DNA of 32,000 bases from Corynebacterium glutamicum ATCC 13032. Its GTDB lineage: Bacteria > Actinomycetota > Actinomycetes > Mycobacteriales > Mycobacteriaceae. Positions within the stretch are counted from its first letter, which is position 1; each line of letters opens with the position of its first letter. The stretch spans positions 1,950,001-1,982,000 of the forward strand of contig NC_003450.3 of assembly GCF_000011325.1 (NCBI RefSeq), in the 5' to 3' direction. The notes under the pieces are model-generated. The model was not told where the DNA came from. It made no database searches and saw only the letters and a list, made by a program, of their open reading frames with translations. This document shows, in pieces, positions 17,012 through 25,170 of this stretch. The translations under genes were made by a program, and so were the position numbers.

Positions 17012-17059
17012 AAACCCCCAGCAACGTGCACCGAAGTCACGGTGGTTGCTGGGGGTTTT
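17012..17059. terminator. Strong hairpin terminator between convergent genes
   Basis: AAACCCCCAGCAAC (17012-17025) pairs with GTTGCTGGGGGTTT (17045-17058). An inner CACC/GGTG extension adds to the stem, and a TTTT tract follows on the plus strand. Confidence 0.7.
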
Positions 17060-17113
17060 ACCCTGCCGGAGGCAGGGTCGGGTCAACATGCGCGAGAAGT
17101 TTAACAGCGCATG

Positions 17114-17233
17114 TTAGCCAATCGCGTTCATGAGCTTGACAAAAAAGTTGAGCAAGCCATTGGCGTTGTCCAAAAAGGTGCCGAGTCCATCGGAGCTAAG
17201 AACACCTTCGAGCTTTGAGCTGAGTCCATCCAT
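17114..17233 (-). CDS. 39-aa leaderless acidic peptide, PorH/PorA-like candidate
   Basis: Below the track cutoff. ATG 17233-17231 with an AGAAAGG RBS 10 nt upstream, stop TAA at 17116-17114. Sequence MDGLSSKLEGVLSSDGLGTFLDNANGLLNFFVKLMNAIG. It resembles my recollection of C. glutamicum PorH (MDLSLLKETLG...LLDSILNFFDNFG). Confidence 0.5.
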   Translation of the reverse strand: MDGLSSKLEGVLSSDGLGTFLDNANGLLNFFVKLMNAIG

Positions 17234-17285
17234 TGTGTAACAACCTTTCTTGAGAATTTTTTAAGAGAGAAAAAGCAACGCCTGA

Positions 17286-17429
17286 CTAGGCGCTAAATGC
17301 CTCGCCGTAGCCTTCGACACCAAGTTCAGTAGAGATCAAACCACCAAGGTCAAGCAGATCCCCAAAACCAAGCACCTGCGAGATCGCACTGGCGCTGAGC
17401 AGACCTTCCAGCACTGCACTAAGCATCAT
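17286..17429 (-). CDS. 47-aa leaderless acidic Gly/Leu-rich peptide, PorA/PorH-like candidate
   Basis: Below the track cutoff. ATG 17429-17427, stop TAG 17288-17286, weak GAAAG RBS. Sequence MMLSAVLEGLLSASAISQVLGFGDLLDLGGLISTELGVEGYGEAFSA. It shares an LEG(L/V)LS(A/S) N-terminal motif with the 39-aa peptide 52 bp downstream. Confidence 0.45.
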   Translation of the reverse strand: MMLSAVLEGLLSASAISQVLGFGDLLDLGGLISTELGVEGYGEAFSA

Positions 17430-17603
17430 CACCACAAACTTTCACAGTAGTTTTTTCATTAACTTTGTTGATTAAGTTTCAATAAAGTTTACTATATACT
17501 AAAGTGGAAACCAAAGACGAGGAAAGTATGTCTATTTGTTTGTCCCCAGGTTGTCCACATTTGTTTTATTCCCCGAGAATGTCCTAGAAAGGAACTCGAC
17601 CCC

Positions 17604-18170
17604 ATGTCCTATTCACTCATTATTTCTAAAGCACCAACCCACTCCATGCCTTTTAATGAGGCTGAACTCCTAGAGCTTGTCGATGAACTGCACTCCGACA
17701 ACACCGTGAAAAAGCCGGTTATTGTGCCACTCCCCGATGATTTCTCCTACACCGTAGATAGCGCCGTGCGACTACATGATTTGGGTGTTGACCAGGAACT
17801 GACTGACTGGATTACTGCACAAGTTGCTGCAGCCTATCCAAACCAGATCGTCTCAGAGATTGCTGCTGCCCCTGATCCGCAAGCCAAGACCTTATTCTCC
17901 GCCAATGCGTATAACACCAGGTCTTTTGGTACTTTTTGGACTGAGCACCCTATTACACAGCTCCAATACAAGCGCTGCTACCAAATTGTCATCGAGAACG
18001 TTACGGGTGTCTATCATCCGTTACCTGTTGATAACTACCGCTACGTACCCCCTGTCACGCCCTCATTGCCACAGCCGGTCTACCACGAAGCTATCGCCTT
18101 AAATGAGTCTGATGTCGCTGATCACGGTACTCGTGCAGCCAAGCACGCAATGATCAACCGCAACGTATAA
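17604..18170 (+). CDS. Hypothetical protein (188 aa)
   Basis: Track ORF. Leader TCCTAGAAAGG-N11-ATG. Followed by a clean terminator. No family recognised. Confidence 0.7.
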   Translation: MSYSLIISKAPTHSMPFNEAELLELVDELHSDNTVKKPVIVPLPDDFSYTVDSAVRLHDLGVDQELTDWITAQVAAAYPNQIVSEIAAAPDPQAKTLFSANAYNTRSFGTFWTEHPITQLQYKRCYQIVIENVTGVYHPLPVDNYRYVPPVTPSLPQPVYHEAIALNESDVADHGTRAAKHAMINRNV

Positions 18171-18175
18171 CCACA

Positions 18176-18214
18176 CACGCCACAGATACTCAGCTATCTG
18201 TGGCGTGTTGTTTT
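18176..18214 (+). terminator. Rho-independent terminator
   Basis: CACGCCACAGATA (18176-18188), loop CTCAGC, TATCTGTGGCGTG (18195-18207), then TTGTTTT. Confidence 0.8.
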
Positions 18215-18263
18215 ACATCAACCTCTCACCCATCCCCCATCACTATTAAAGAAAATCACCATC

Positions 18264-19718
18264 ATGACCCACACTGATACCCCAGCCCCTGCACACGGCG
18301 TAACACCGAGTGAATTCGCTGTTACCTCACACGAACTCACCACCTCACCAACACCTAGTCCGACACAGGTCGCTATTGCAGCCCAGGAAAAAATTCGCCA
18401 GCGCAAGCTCGAAGAGCTTAAAGCAAAAAAGCGCACAGACACGACAGCTCAACCACTTCTACCTGCACCTGTGCTGCATACACGCCCACTCCCCTCACCG
18501 AATCCACCGCGACCATCTCCACCGGCACCTACCACTGGACACTGGGAACTTCTTATTGTCAGGTCACAGCAGAAGAAAATGACCGCAGCCAATCCCTTTC
18601 TCAAATTCCTTCATCTCGGTAAAGCCTTCAACGTGAAAGACCTAGGGCTCACCTGCGATCGCACCACTGATGTTGACCTCTCACGGCTAGGCAAGCTCAA
18701 TCCGCCCAGCTCACTTATCCTTGAACTAGCAACGGCACTTGACCTGCATCCATTCCTCTCAGTCGCACTCTCTTCGCACAGTGCGGTCAACGCCCGTCGC
18801 AACCAACTTGAATTAACCCTGCACAACCATGACACTCAGGGCACAGCATTAGGTCACAGCGTTACTATGGTCCAGCTACCCGAGGTCATTAATCGAGCTG
18901 CTGTAGAGCCCTATATCAAACCCAAGGGCTCGGGCAATGACCCGCTTGACCAAAGCCTGAACCACCGCGCACCCACCGTAAGTGACGTGCAAAAAGCCCT
19001 TGTGCAGGAAAACACAGGCACGGCAACAGACAGCAACAACTACCTGCTTCCTTTTGATCCTGATTCTGGTGCACCAAAAACCACCGCGCTTAATGCGCCT
19101 AATAAGGATCTCCTACAGGCCAGGCATGAGCTTGCCTATATTCCCGAGATCCCCGCCATTGCATCGTGGCTCGATCACCTTGACCCCATCATGCGTGTGC
19201 ACCGTAGTCTTGCGCTTTCAATTTTCCCAGTGCAGCTTCTACGTGCTGCCGTTGAGAATCTCCCTCATAACGTAACCGATCTGCATAATCACCTTGATCC
19301 TGAGGATCTGCTCCCTGAGGAACTCACCACCTGGCTCGATCACCTCTTCGATGCAGACTTAACCGCTCTCGCTTCATGCCCACAGCTTGCACCACCTATC
19401 GTGCGCAGCCACAATCACGCCAAAGCGATCGCAGCTATCACCGTGACCTCTGTCATGGACGCTCTCATCGCCAAAACTCTTGATGCGCATGACGATCCAC
19501 TGCCCTCACTACCGGAGTTTGTAGAACTACTGCGTGACGCTGTAGCCCAGCTCGCAGCGCATTTTAAGCAGCAGCGCGGCGAGGTACTACCGCAGCCCAA
19601 TGGCTTGCGATACGCCACCGACTTTGGCCTGCTCTCTTATATTGCCGATGGCTTACATGAATATGCACTTGCCATCGACTTCGGGCTGATCTACCCGAAT
19701 GAACTCATCACCGAGTAA
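18264..19718 (+). CDS. Hypothetical protein (484 aa) with a Pro-rich N-terminal region
   Basis: Track ORF. N-terminal low-complexity tract PLLPAPVLHTRPLPSPNPPRPSPPAPTTG. No recognisable catalytic motif. Confidence 0.7.
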   Translation: MTHTDTPAPAHGVTPSEFAVTSHELTTSPTPSPTQVAIAAQEKIRQRKLEELKAKKRTDTTAQPLLPAPVLHTRPLPSPNPPRPSPPAPTTGHWELLIVRSQQKKMTAANPFLKFLHLGKAFNVKDLGLTCDRTTDVDLSRLGKLNPPSSLILELATALDLHPFLSVALSSHSAVNARRNQLELTLHNHDTQGTALGHSVTMVQLPEVINRAAVEPYIKPKGSGNDPLDQSLNHRAPTVSDVQKALVQENTGTATDSNNYLLPFDPDSGAPKTTALNAPNKDLLQARHELAYIPEIPAIASWLDHLDPIMRVHRSLALSIFPVQLLRAAVENLPHNVTDLHNHLDPEDLLPEELTTWLDHLFDADLTALASCPQLAPPIVRSHNHAKAIAAITVTSVMDALIAKTLDAHDDPLPSLPEFVELLRDAVAQLAAHFKQQRGEVLPQPNGLRYATDFGLLSYIADGLHEYALAIDFGLIYPNELITE

Positions 19719-19744
19719 ACCCACTCCTAGAAAGGTCTTTACCC

Positions 19745-20206
19745 ATGTCTCGTATCATCACTGCTCCCGTCCACAAGCCTTATATTATTGCTCGTGAAGT
19801 CAAGGGGGTCTCCCATGTCCACGACACTGTTGGCGGCAAGTGGCAGGCCACCTTGCACACACTTAAACCGGGGCCCTCCTGGCCGAAACCGTCACAGTTC
19901 ACTGCGCCTAAATCCACGTCCATCTGGTTTATTGCGGTAGCAACCCACCCACGTAACCCACGGGCACGCAAAGGTACCCTACTTGGTCGCGGTGGTCTTT
20001 ACGAACTCAAAGACACTGATCTGAACTTTCTCACAGAGCGACAGGATTTGCTCGCCACATCTACCTCTCGTGACCCAGAGGATTGCCGTTTACGCTTTAA
20101 TTCGCGTCACGATGCAGCAGCATTTTTACATGCTAACGCCCGCCACATCAACAAGCTTTTTCATCCAGCACTAGGTCATGCTCGCTACGATCTCATAGAT
20201 GTGTAA
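19745..20206 (+). CDS. Basic hypothetical protein (153 aa)
   Basis: Track ORF. Leader TCCTAGAAAGG-N9-ATG, 26 nt after the previous stop. Confidence 0.65.
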   Translation: MSRIITAPVHKPYIIAREVKGVSHVHDTVGGKWQATLHTLKPGPSWPKPSQFTAPKSTSIWFIAVATHPRNPRARKGTLLGRGGLYELKDTDLNFLTERQDLLATSTSRDPEDCRLRFNSRHDAAAFLHANARHINKLFHPALGHARYDLIDV

Positions 20207-20240
20207 GCACAACGCTTAGCTTATGAGCCCAAAATAACTA

Positions 20241-20281
20241 CTACCCCCTCCGGGTGTGGGGTAGCTGTAACAACTACCCCA
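20241..20281 (+). promoter_or_regulatory. Three-arm alternative hairpin element
   Basis: CTACCCC (20241-20247), TGGGGTAG (20257-20264), CTACCCCA (20274-20281). The middle arm can pair with either flank. Confidence 0.4.
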
Positions 20282-20334
20282 CAATCTCAGCCGGTCTTCC
20301 ATACATAACTGCGAAATTGGTTAGAGTCTTTTTC

Positions 20335-21477
20335 ATGATGCTCTACCAACACACCACACGCGGGCTGATCATTAGTGACGCGATCATCGCGAAAATCAGC
20401 CAAGTCAACCAACTGCTGCTACTAAGACCCACGCTGTTGCAAGACAAAGATATGCACCATGCGACATTGAGTAGCGACACCCCATCAATTCGCAGTCGCC
20501 GTCGCTCCTATCGCGAGAATAAAGCCGCCTATGCGACCACGAGCACCATCAGAAACCGTGAGACCTTTTTCAGCACATCTGATATTGATTTCGCCATACT
20601 CATGATTCAGGACGTACAAGAATCTCTCGTATCTTTTGACCCCACCTTGGCTCAAGATATGAAGCCAAGAACCAACGCAGTCATTTCTGCACTCAATGAG
20701 CTACGCGAGCCACTGGATACCTTCTACCGTGCCCATGAATACGGTGACATCATCAGCGATGGTGCTTATGAGTTCGATCATGCTGCCATTGATGCACAAC
20801 ACAGCCTTAGTGAACTCGTTGCCGGTCTGCATAATTATGACAACCTCATGTTTCCCCAGGAAACCGCTCCGTTGATGAGTGAATCCAATGGCATTCAGCT
20901 GGCTCAGTACTATAAGTCCACCAAACTCGATGAGTCACAATTGACGGTGGAACCTAATGAGCCTGGTATCAGCATTATGTGGCACGCCCATGATTTCACC
21001 TGGTCTTGCCTAGTGCGCTATGACGACATGAACCGTTACCCTGAGCATTTCAGCATTTCTTTTAAAGACATGCTGATCCCTGAACAGATCTATACTTTCC
21101 ACTTCACCCCACGTGAGGCAATGCAACTGCGCAAGGTACTTTTTAATGCCATCGCTGCCTACAAGTCTCAGACATGGGGTGATGAGAACACTGATCTCAC
21201 CAAGGCTGAACTCGAATTTGGTGGCACCTCCATGACCTTCCGCGCCGGCCTCTCACAGCTTAGCGTCACCGGACCTCCTGATCACCGCCAGGTGTTCTGC
21301 TTGTCGTCTTCTGGTCGTGAGGATCACAACACCCCGCCAAACATGCGAGACGGACATGTCATTGATATTGCGGTTACTCAATTGTCCACCCTGCGTAACC
21401 TCATTCGGGTACTGTGCACCACTCACCCGGATCATTCACCAGCACTGCTACCTTATGGTCAGCAGTACACCATCTAA
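20335..21477 (+). CDS. Hypothetical protein (~380 aa); start uncertain
   Basis: The track ORF starts at a GTG inside the 20257 hairpin, which I consider unlikely. The first ATG is at 20335 (MMLYQHTT) but has no good RBS. Coding is supported by length and the downstream terminator. Confidence 0.6.
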   Translation: MMLYQHTTRGLIISDAIIAKISQVNQLLLLRPTLLQDKDMHHATLSSDTPSIRSRRRSYRENKAAYATTSTIRNRETFFSTSDIDFAILMIQDVQESLVSFDPTLAQDMKPRTNAVISALNELREPLDTFYRAHEYGDIISDGAYEFDHAAIDAQHSLSELVAGLHNYDNLMFPQETAPLMSESNGIQLAQYYKSTKLDESQLTVEPNEPGISIMWHAHDFTWSCLVRYDDMNRYPEHFSISFKDMLIPEQIYTFHFTPREAMQLRKVLFNAIAAYKSQTWGDENTDLTKAELEFGGTSMTFRAGLSQLSVTGPPDHRQVFCLSSSGREDHNTPPNMRDGHVIDIAVTQLSTLRNLIRVLCTTHPDHSPALLPYGQQYTI

Positions 21478-21497
21478 CATGCTCTAACTCGACCCCG

Positions 21498-21535
21498 AAA
21501 CACCCTGTCGCCATCATTGCGACAGGGTGTTTTTG
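21498..21535 (+). terminator. Rho-independent terminator
   Basis: AAACACCCTGTCGC (21498-21511), loop CATCATT, GCGACAGGGTGTTT (21519-21532), T-run continuing to 21535. Confidence 0.85.
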
Positions 21536-21671
21536 CATGTCCGGGGTCATGTGAAACTCAGACTAATTACTTTAGTATTTAGTCAATTAGCCAACTACGA
21601 TAAAACTAGTGAATAAACATACTAGTTCACTTTGTCGCGCTTAAAATACTAGAAAGTAATATAAAAAACTC

Positions 21672-23093
21672 ATGCGTTATACTCCCCGTACCCACCGCGC
21701 ACTCGGACTTGCTGCACTTACCGCTACAGCTCTCCTACTGAGCTCATGCTCGACCACCGCTGACCTTCTCGGCGCCGATTCTGTGGCGCAGGCTGTCACC
21801 GATGGTGGCTCTGCCCTTGATCCCACTGCAGCTCATGTGCTCACCATCACCAATGCCACTGCAATGACTCTTGCTGAGCTACCAGAAAACACCGACCCTG
21901 ACGCAGCCAATAACACGGAGCCAACAATGGCCCAAAGCGCCCTCAAGCGTATTTACGGTCTCGAAATTGCCGCCGATGGCACTCTGATTGCTGTCGCAGC
22001 GCCATTAACCTCGCGAAATAGTGGTTCTGAGCAGCCTACTGTCGCAGCAATGGCTGATCCAGAAAACAATGCTGAACTCACCACAGCACATATTCTTGAG
22101 ATCGACCCAGCCACAGGAACTGCCACACCACGTCAAGATATTGCTCTGACTGAAGATTTTCAGACCATGGCTAGCTCTTTTAGCCAGATCCGTAATGGCT
22201 GGGGTACTACCCAACTCATCGGACAACACCCTGATGATCCCAAGCAACCTATTCGTTCAGCTGATACCTGGACTGTCACCGGCTCCACTCAGATCACCGG
22301 CTTTAACACCAACACCCCAACGGGAACCGAAGATGCTGCCTACACCATGCCGGCGACTGAGCCAGCTGTGGGACTGTGCGCTCTAGAATCAGGCTCCGAT
22401 GCACCACTGGATGAACACCGTGAGCTCAGCACCAGTGCATTGCGTACCGCATCAGTATTGTCGAGCTCTGGATCTGCCACCCTCAAGCTGCATGATCCTA
22501 TGGTCATGTCTGCTACTGGCATTGTCCAAGCACGCGCCTATGTCGATGGCGAAGTCATTAACCAGCACGAGATTGGCGATCTCCGCGAGCAGCTCGGTAT
22601 CAACATCGAAGAATCTGAGGCTGCTCAAGCAGAATCGGATGCCCAAGCAGCCACCGATCACCCACTTGCAGCCCTGGGCTTAAGCAACCCCACCAGCTCA
22701 GCGTTGGTTCCAGGTCTTGCTGAGCTTGATTGTCTCAGTGCTGACCAGGCTGCCACCTGGCATAACCGCGACACCAGCATTGGCACCGGTAAGCCCAGCG
22801 TGCTTGCTGTCATCAACGCGGAAATGGCCGATGACTTTACCCTGCAGCTGTTGAGCTCAGGTGCCACCACTGCCGAAACGCAGCTTGCCCAGCTGCCGGA
22901 TGAAACCGCGTTCGTGCTCATTGACCCATCATCTGGTGCTGTTACTGACCTGTTCTTTATCCAAAGTCTCAACACTGATCTGCCGGCACCAACAACCCAG
23001 ATTAATTCTATTGCTGTTGATGAGCGCGACCCCAACATCATCTACGCCACTTTTAGCGGCGATGACCACCTGTACCAAATGATGCTGGGTTAG
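21672..23093 (+). CDS. Secreted lipoprotein (473 aa), unknown function
   Basis: Signal peptide with lipobox: MRYTPRTHRALGLAALTATALLLSSC. Thr/Ala-rich acidic mature part. No family recognised. Confidence 0.75.
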   Translation: MRYTPRTHRALGLAALTATALLLSSCSTTADLLGADSVAQAVTDGGSALDPTAAHVLTITNATAMTLAELPENTDPDAANNTEPTMAQSALKRIYGLEIAADGTLIAVAAPLTSRNSGSEQPTVAAMADPENNAELTTAHILEIDPATGTATPRQDIALTEDFQTMASSFSQIRNGWGTTQLIGQHPDDPKQPIRSADTWTVTGSTQITGFNTNTPTGTEDAAYTMPATEPAVGLCALESGSDAPLDEHRELSTSALRTASVLSSSGSATLKLHDPMVMSATGIVQARAYVDGEVINQHEIGDLREQLGINIEESEAAQAESDAQAATDHPLAALGLSNPTSSALVPGLAELDCLSADQAATWHNRDTSIGTGKPSVLAVINAEMADDFTLQLLSSGATTAETQLAQLPDETAFVLIDPSSGAVTDLFFIQSLNTDLPAPTTQINSIAVDERDPNIIYATFSGDDHLYQMMLG

Positions 23094-23146
23094 TTACACA
23101 ACTAACTAACCAGGCACCAACATTTTCTTAAAGAAACACCCTTATC

Positions 23147-23740
23147 ATGACTTTTCTCCACCCCAAGGCTGCGTTCTACCCTCTCACCATGGATCATCTT
23201 ACCGATCTCGGTCTTGATCCTGAGCAACTCATTAATGAGTTGCCGACGATTACCTACGACGTTCAACCACACAATGTCTTTGTTCTACAGTTCAGCACCG
23301 CCGATGTGCGCGTCTACCAGGAAGGTAATACCCTTTTTATCCGCAGTGCTGAATTAATCAACCCTGAACTACGACAACGACAGCGCACACAGCTCAACGA
23401 CGATCTCAACAACCCTGCTTCACTTCGCGTCTGTGATGAGATCAGTGGCCGCAGCACCGTGTTCCTCAAAGACAAAAGTGTTGTCACTCACGATCACGGA
23501 CCAATTGCTGTGATTCCGCATAATCCTGATGAAGCCAGCGCCAAGGCTGTCGCTACCAAACATAAGCACACCTTGTCCGGCGCTACCTCTGATCACCCTT
23601 ATGCCGGCATGACGCTTAAAGACATGATTGAACAGGGCTTTACGCTCACACCGCTGGAATTCCCGCTCTGTGCTGTCGATGATCCAACAGATTCTGATCG
23701 CACCATGCACGTGATCAATGTTCGCGAGCACAGTATGTAG
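23147..23740 (+). CDS. Hypothetical protein (197 aa)
   Basis: Track ORF with an AAAGAAA RBS-like tract. Followed by the hairpin GCGGTACA-ACC-TGTACCGC (23751-23769). Confidence 0.65.
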   Translation: MTFLHPKAAFYPLTMDHLTDLGLDPEQLINELPTITYDVQPHNVFVLQFSTADVRVYQEGNTLFIRSAELINPELRQRQRTQLNDDLNNPASLRVCDEISGRSTVFLKDKSVVTHDHGPIAVIPHNPDEASAKAVATKHKHTLSGATSDHPYAGMTLKDMIEQGFTLTPLEFPLCAVDDPTDSDRTMHVINVREHSM

Positions 23741-23808
23741 ATTCTAAAGTGCGGTACAACCTGTACCGCCCACACAATTCCACCCTTTAAGAAAAGGACT
23801 TAGCCATC

Positions 23809-24207
23809 ATGACCACCTTCGCCCTTATTGCTAGCCCCAACAATGTTGATCCCACTGCTGAGTCCCCACTCGCCATTGAAATCCATACCGATGAGGACAG
23901 CAGCTATCCACTAGGGCTTATTGACTCAGACCACCTGGTTCCTGCTGTGATTTACGGCGATATGGTGATCTACACCAAAACACTGCTCGCACAGACCCCA
24001 CCAGATGATGTGTCCACTGCTAGCGCCTTCTTCGACAAACTCACCGCACTTGACGCTCAGGGTCGCACCCGTGATCTGGTCTACAGCGCCACCTACAGCC
24101 AACTTGTTATTGCCGGCCACAACCGCACTGTATTAACTGACGACTCAGAGTTCTACGATGAGTTTTACCAGGTTATTGAGGCTGCTCCTGGGGTGATCTT
24201 GAAATGA
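23809..24207 (+). CDS. Acidic hypothetical protein (132 aa)
   Basis: Track ORF with an AAAAGGA RBS 9 nt upstream. Confidence 0.65.
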   Translation: MTTFALIASPNNVDPTAESPLAIEIHTDEDSSYPLGLIDSDHLVPAVIYGDMVIYTKTLLAQTPPDDVSTASAFFDKLTALDAQGRTRDLVYSATYSQLVIAGHNRTVLTDDSEFYDEFYQVIEAAPGVILK

Positions 24208-24266
24208 TGTTTATCGGGCAACACCTCACACTTAGGCTAGGTCTCTAACATGAAGCAGATAGCGCC

Positions 24267-24506
24267 ATGATCAATCTTTTTGCTGCAGCCCTGCCCGCAT
24301 TCGAGCCTTTGAGTATTACCTCCATACTCGTGCTCGGTGCTGTGGCATTGATCTGTGGCCTCCCTGTTTTTCTCGCACTGGAAAAAAGCGCTGAGCTCGA
24401 TGATCTCTTCGCAGCACTCATCATCGCTGTACTTTTAGGTTTTGCTGCTTATACGTTTGTGCTCCCCAAGCTCGTTGAATTGGGCTGTACTATTTGCCAG
24501 CTCTGA
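24267..24506 (+). CDS. Small membrane protein (79 aa, two predicted TM helices)
   Basis: Hydrophobic segments ITSILVLGAVALICGLPVFLAL and LFAALIIAVLLGFAAYTFVL. The RBS is weak. Confidence 0.55.
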   Translation: MINLFAAALPAFEPLSITSILVLGAVALICGLPVFLALEKSAELDDLFAALIIAVLLGFAAYTFVLPKLVELGCTICQL

Positions 24507-24756
24507 CTAGCGACACTTAACTTTCCCCAGCCTGGCTGACTTCAGCTGACTATGCGTACTTCTACATGAGCTTCGTGACCCCCGCCCTTACAGATGGGGG
24601 TTGCTGCGTAACAACCGCTCAACAAAAGAAAACAACGCATAGCTCGCCGCGAATACTACTATCACCTCGAAATTCTGGGGGGGGTTCCACCCATGTAAAG
24701 ACCCACGGCAGTTCCGTCACAGTGACGGACAATCCCACCCTAACCCCACACCTTGT

Positions 24757-24789
24757 CGCACTCTGATGTGCCTTCGGTGCGGGTTTTTT
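24757..24789 (+). terminator. Rho-independent terminator ending a ~280-nt untranslated segment
   Basis: CGCAC (24757-24761) pairs with GTGCG (24777-24781), with an internal C-TTCG-G element. GGTTTTTT follows (T-run 24784-24789). Confidence 0.7.
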
Positions 24790-24835
24790 CATAAGTACTG
24801 CTGTATGCACAGACTAAAAGACACAAGCAAAAGAC

Positions 24836-25074
24836 CAATGACAGCGAAGCTGCATTCGGAAAAACAGGCGAAGCCCTAAAAGCTCCAAAAGATGGAAAAA
24901 ACTCAACGACAGCATAGCTGCGTTCGGGGACAACCATGAGAGACGACAAAAAAACTCTCAACAATAAGAGCTCGGTCAAATACCTAGTTCTACAGGATCT
25001 AAAGAGTCAGAAGACTTCTAAAAGATCTAAAAGACTTTAAAAACCAACGACAGCATAGCTGCGTTCGGAAAAAC
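24836..25074 (+). repeat. Three copies of a conserved ~30-nt unit containing a bulged 8-bp mini-hairpin
   Basis: CAATGACAGCGAAGCTGCATTCGGAAAAAC (24836-24865), CAACGACAGCATAGCTGCGTTCGGGGA (24904-24930), CAACGACAGCATAGCTGCGTTCGGAAAAAC (25045-25074). A fourth related hairpin lies at 27618-27640 and a degenerate copy at about 24633-24648. Confidence 0.8.
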
Positions 25075-25170
25075 TCTTGAAAGGCTACACAGCCAACAGC
25101 TTAAAAATAAGCACTGTGGGTCTTAAACACTCAATCCTTCATTCATCCATACCATTAAGGGGTATTTACC

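Noticed and set aside
23089-23112. AT-rich hairpin GGTTAGTT...AACTAACC overlapping the stop of the 473-aa lipoprotein gene, considered as a terminator
   Set aside because: The stem is weak and AT-rich, there is no U-tract, and the next gene starts about 35 bp later. Read-through is more likely.
24566-24766. 66-aa plus-strand ORF in the region upstream of the ssb repeats
   Set aside because: No RBS. The Thr/Ser/Gly-rich translation runs through several stable hairpins. The region is better explained as structured non-coding RNA or UTR.
24836-25074. Possibility that the repeated units are a small CRISPR array
   Set aside because: There are only three full copies with irregular spacing (68 and 141 bp start to start). 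The repeats are about 30 nt but are separated by A-rich sequence with internal similarity. There are no cas genes, and a related copy sits 2.5 kb away in another intergenic region.
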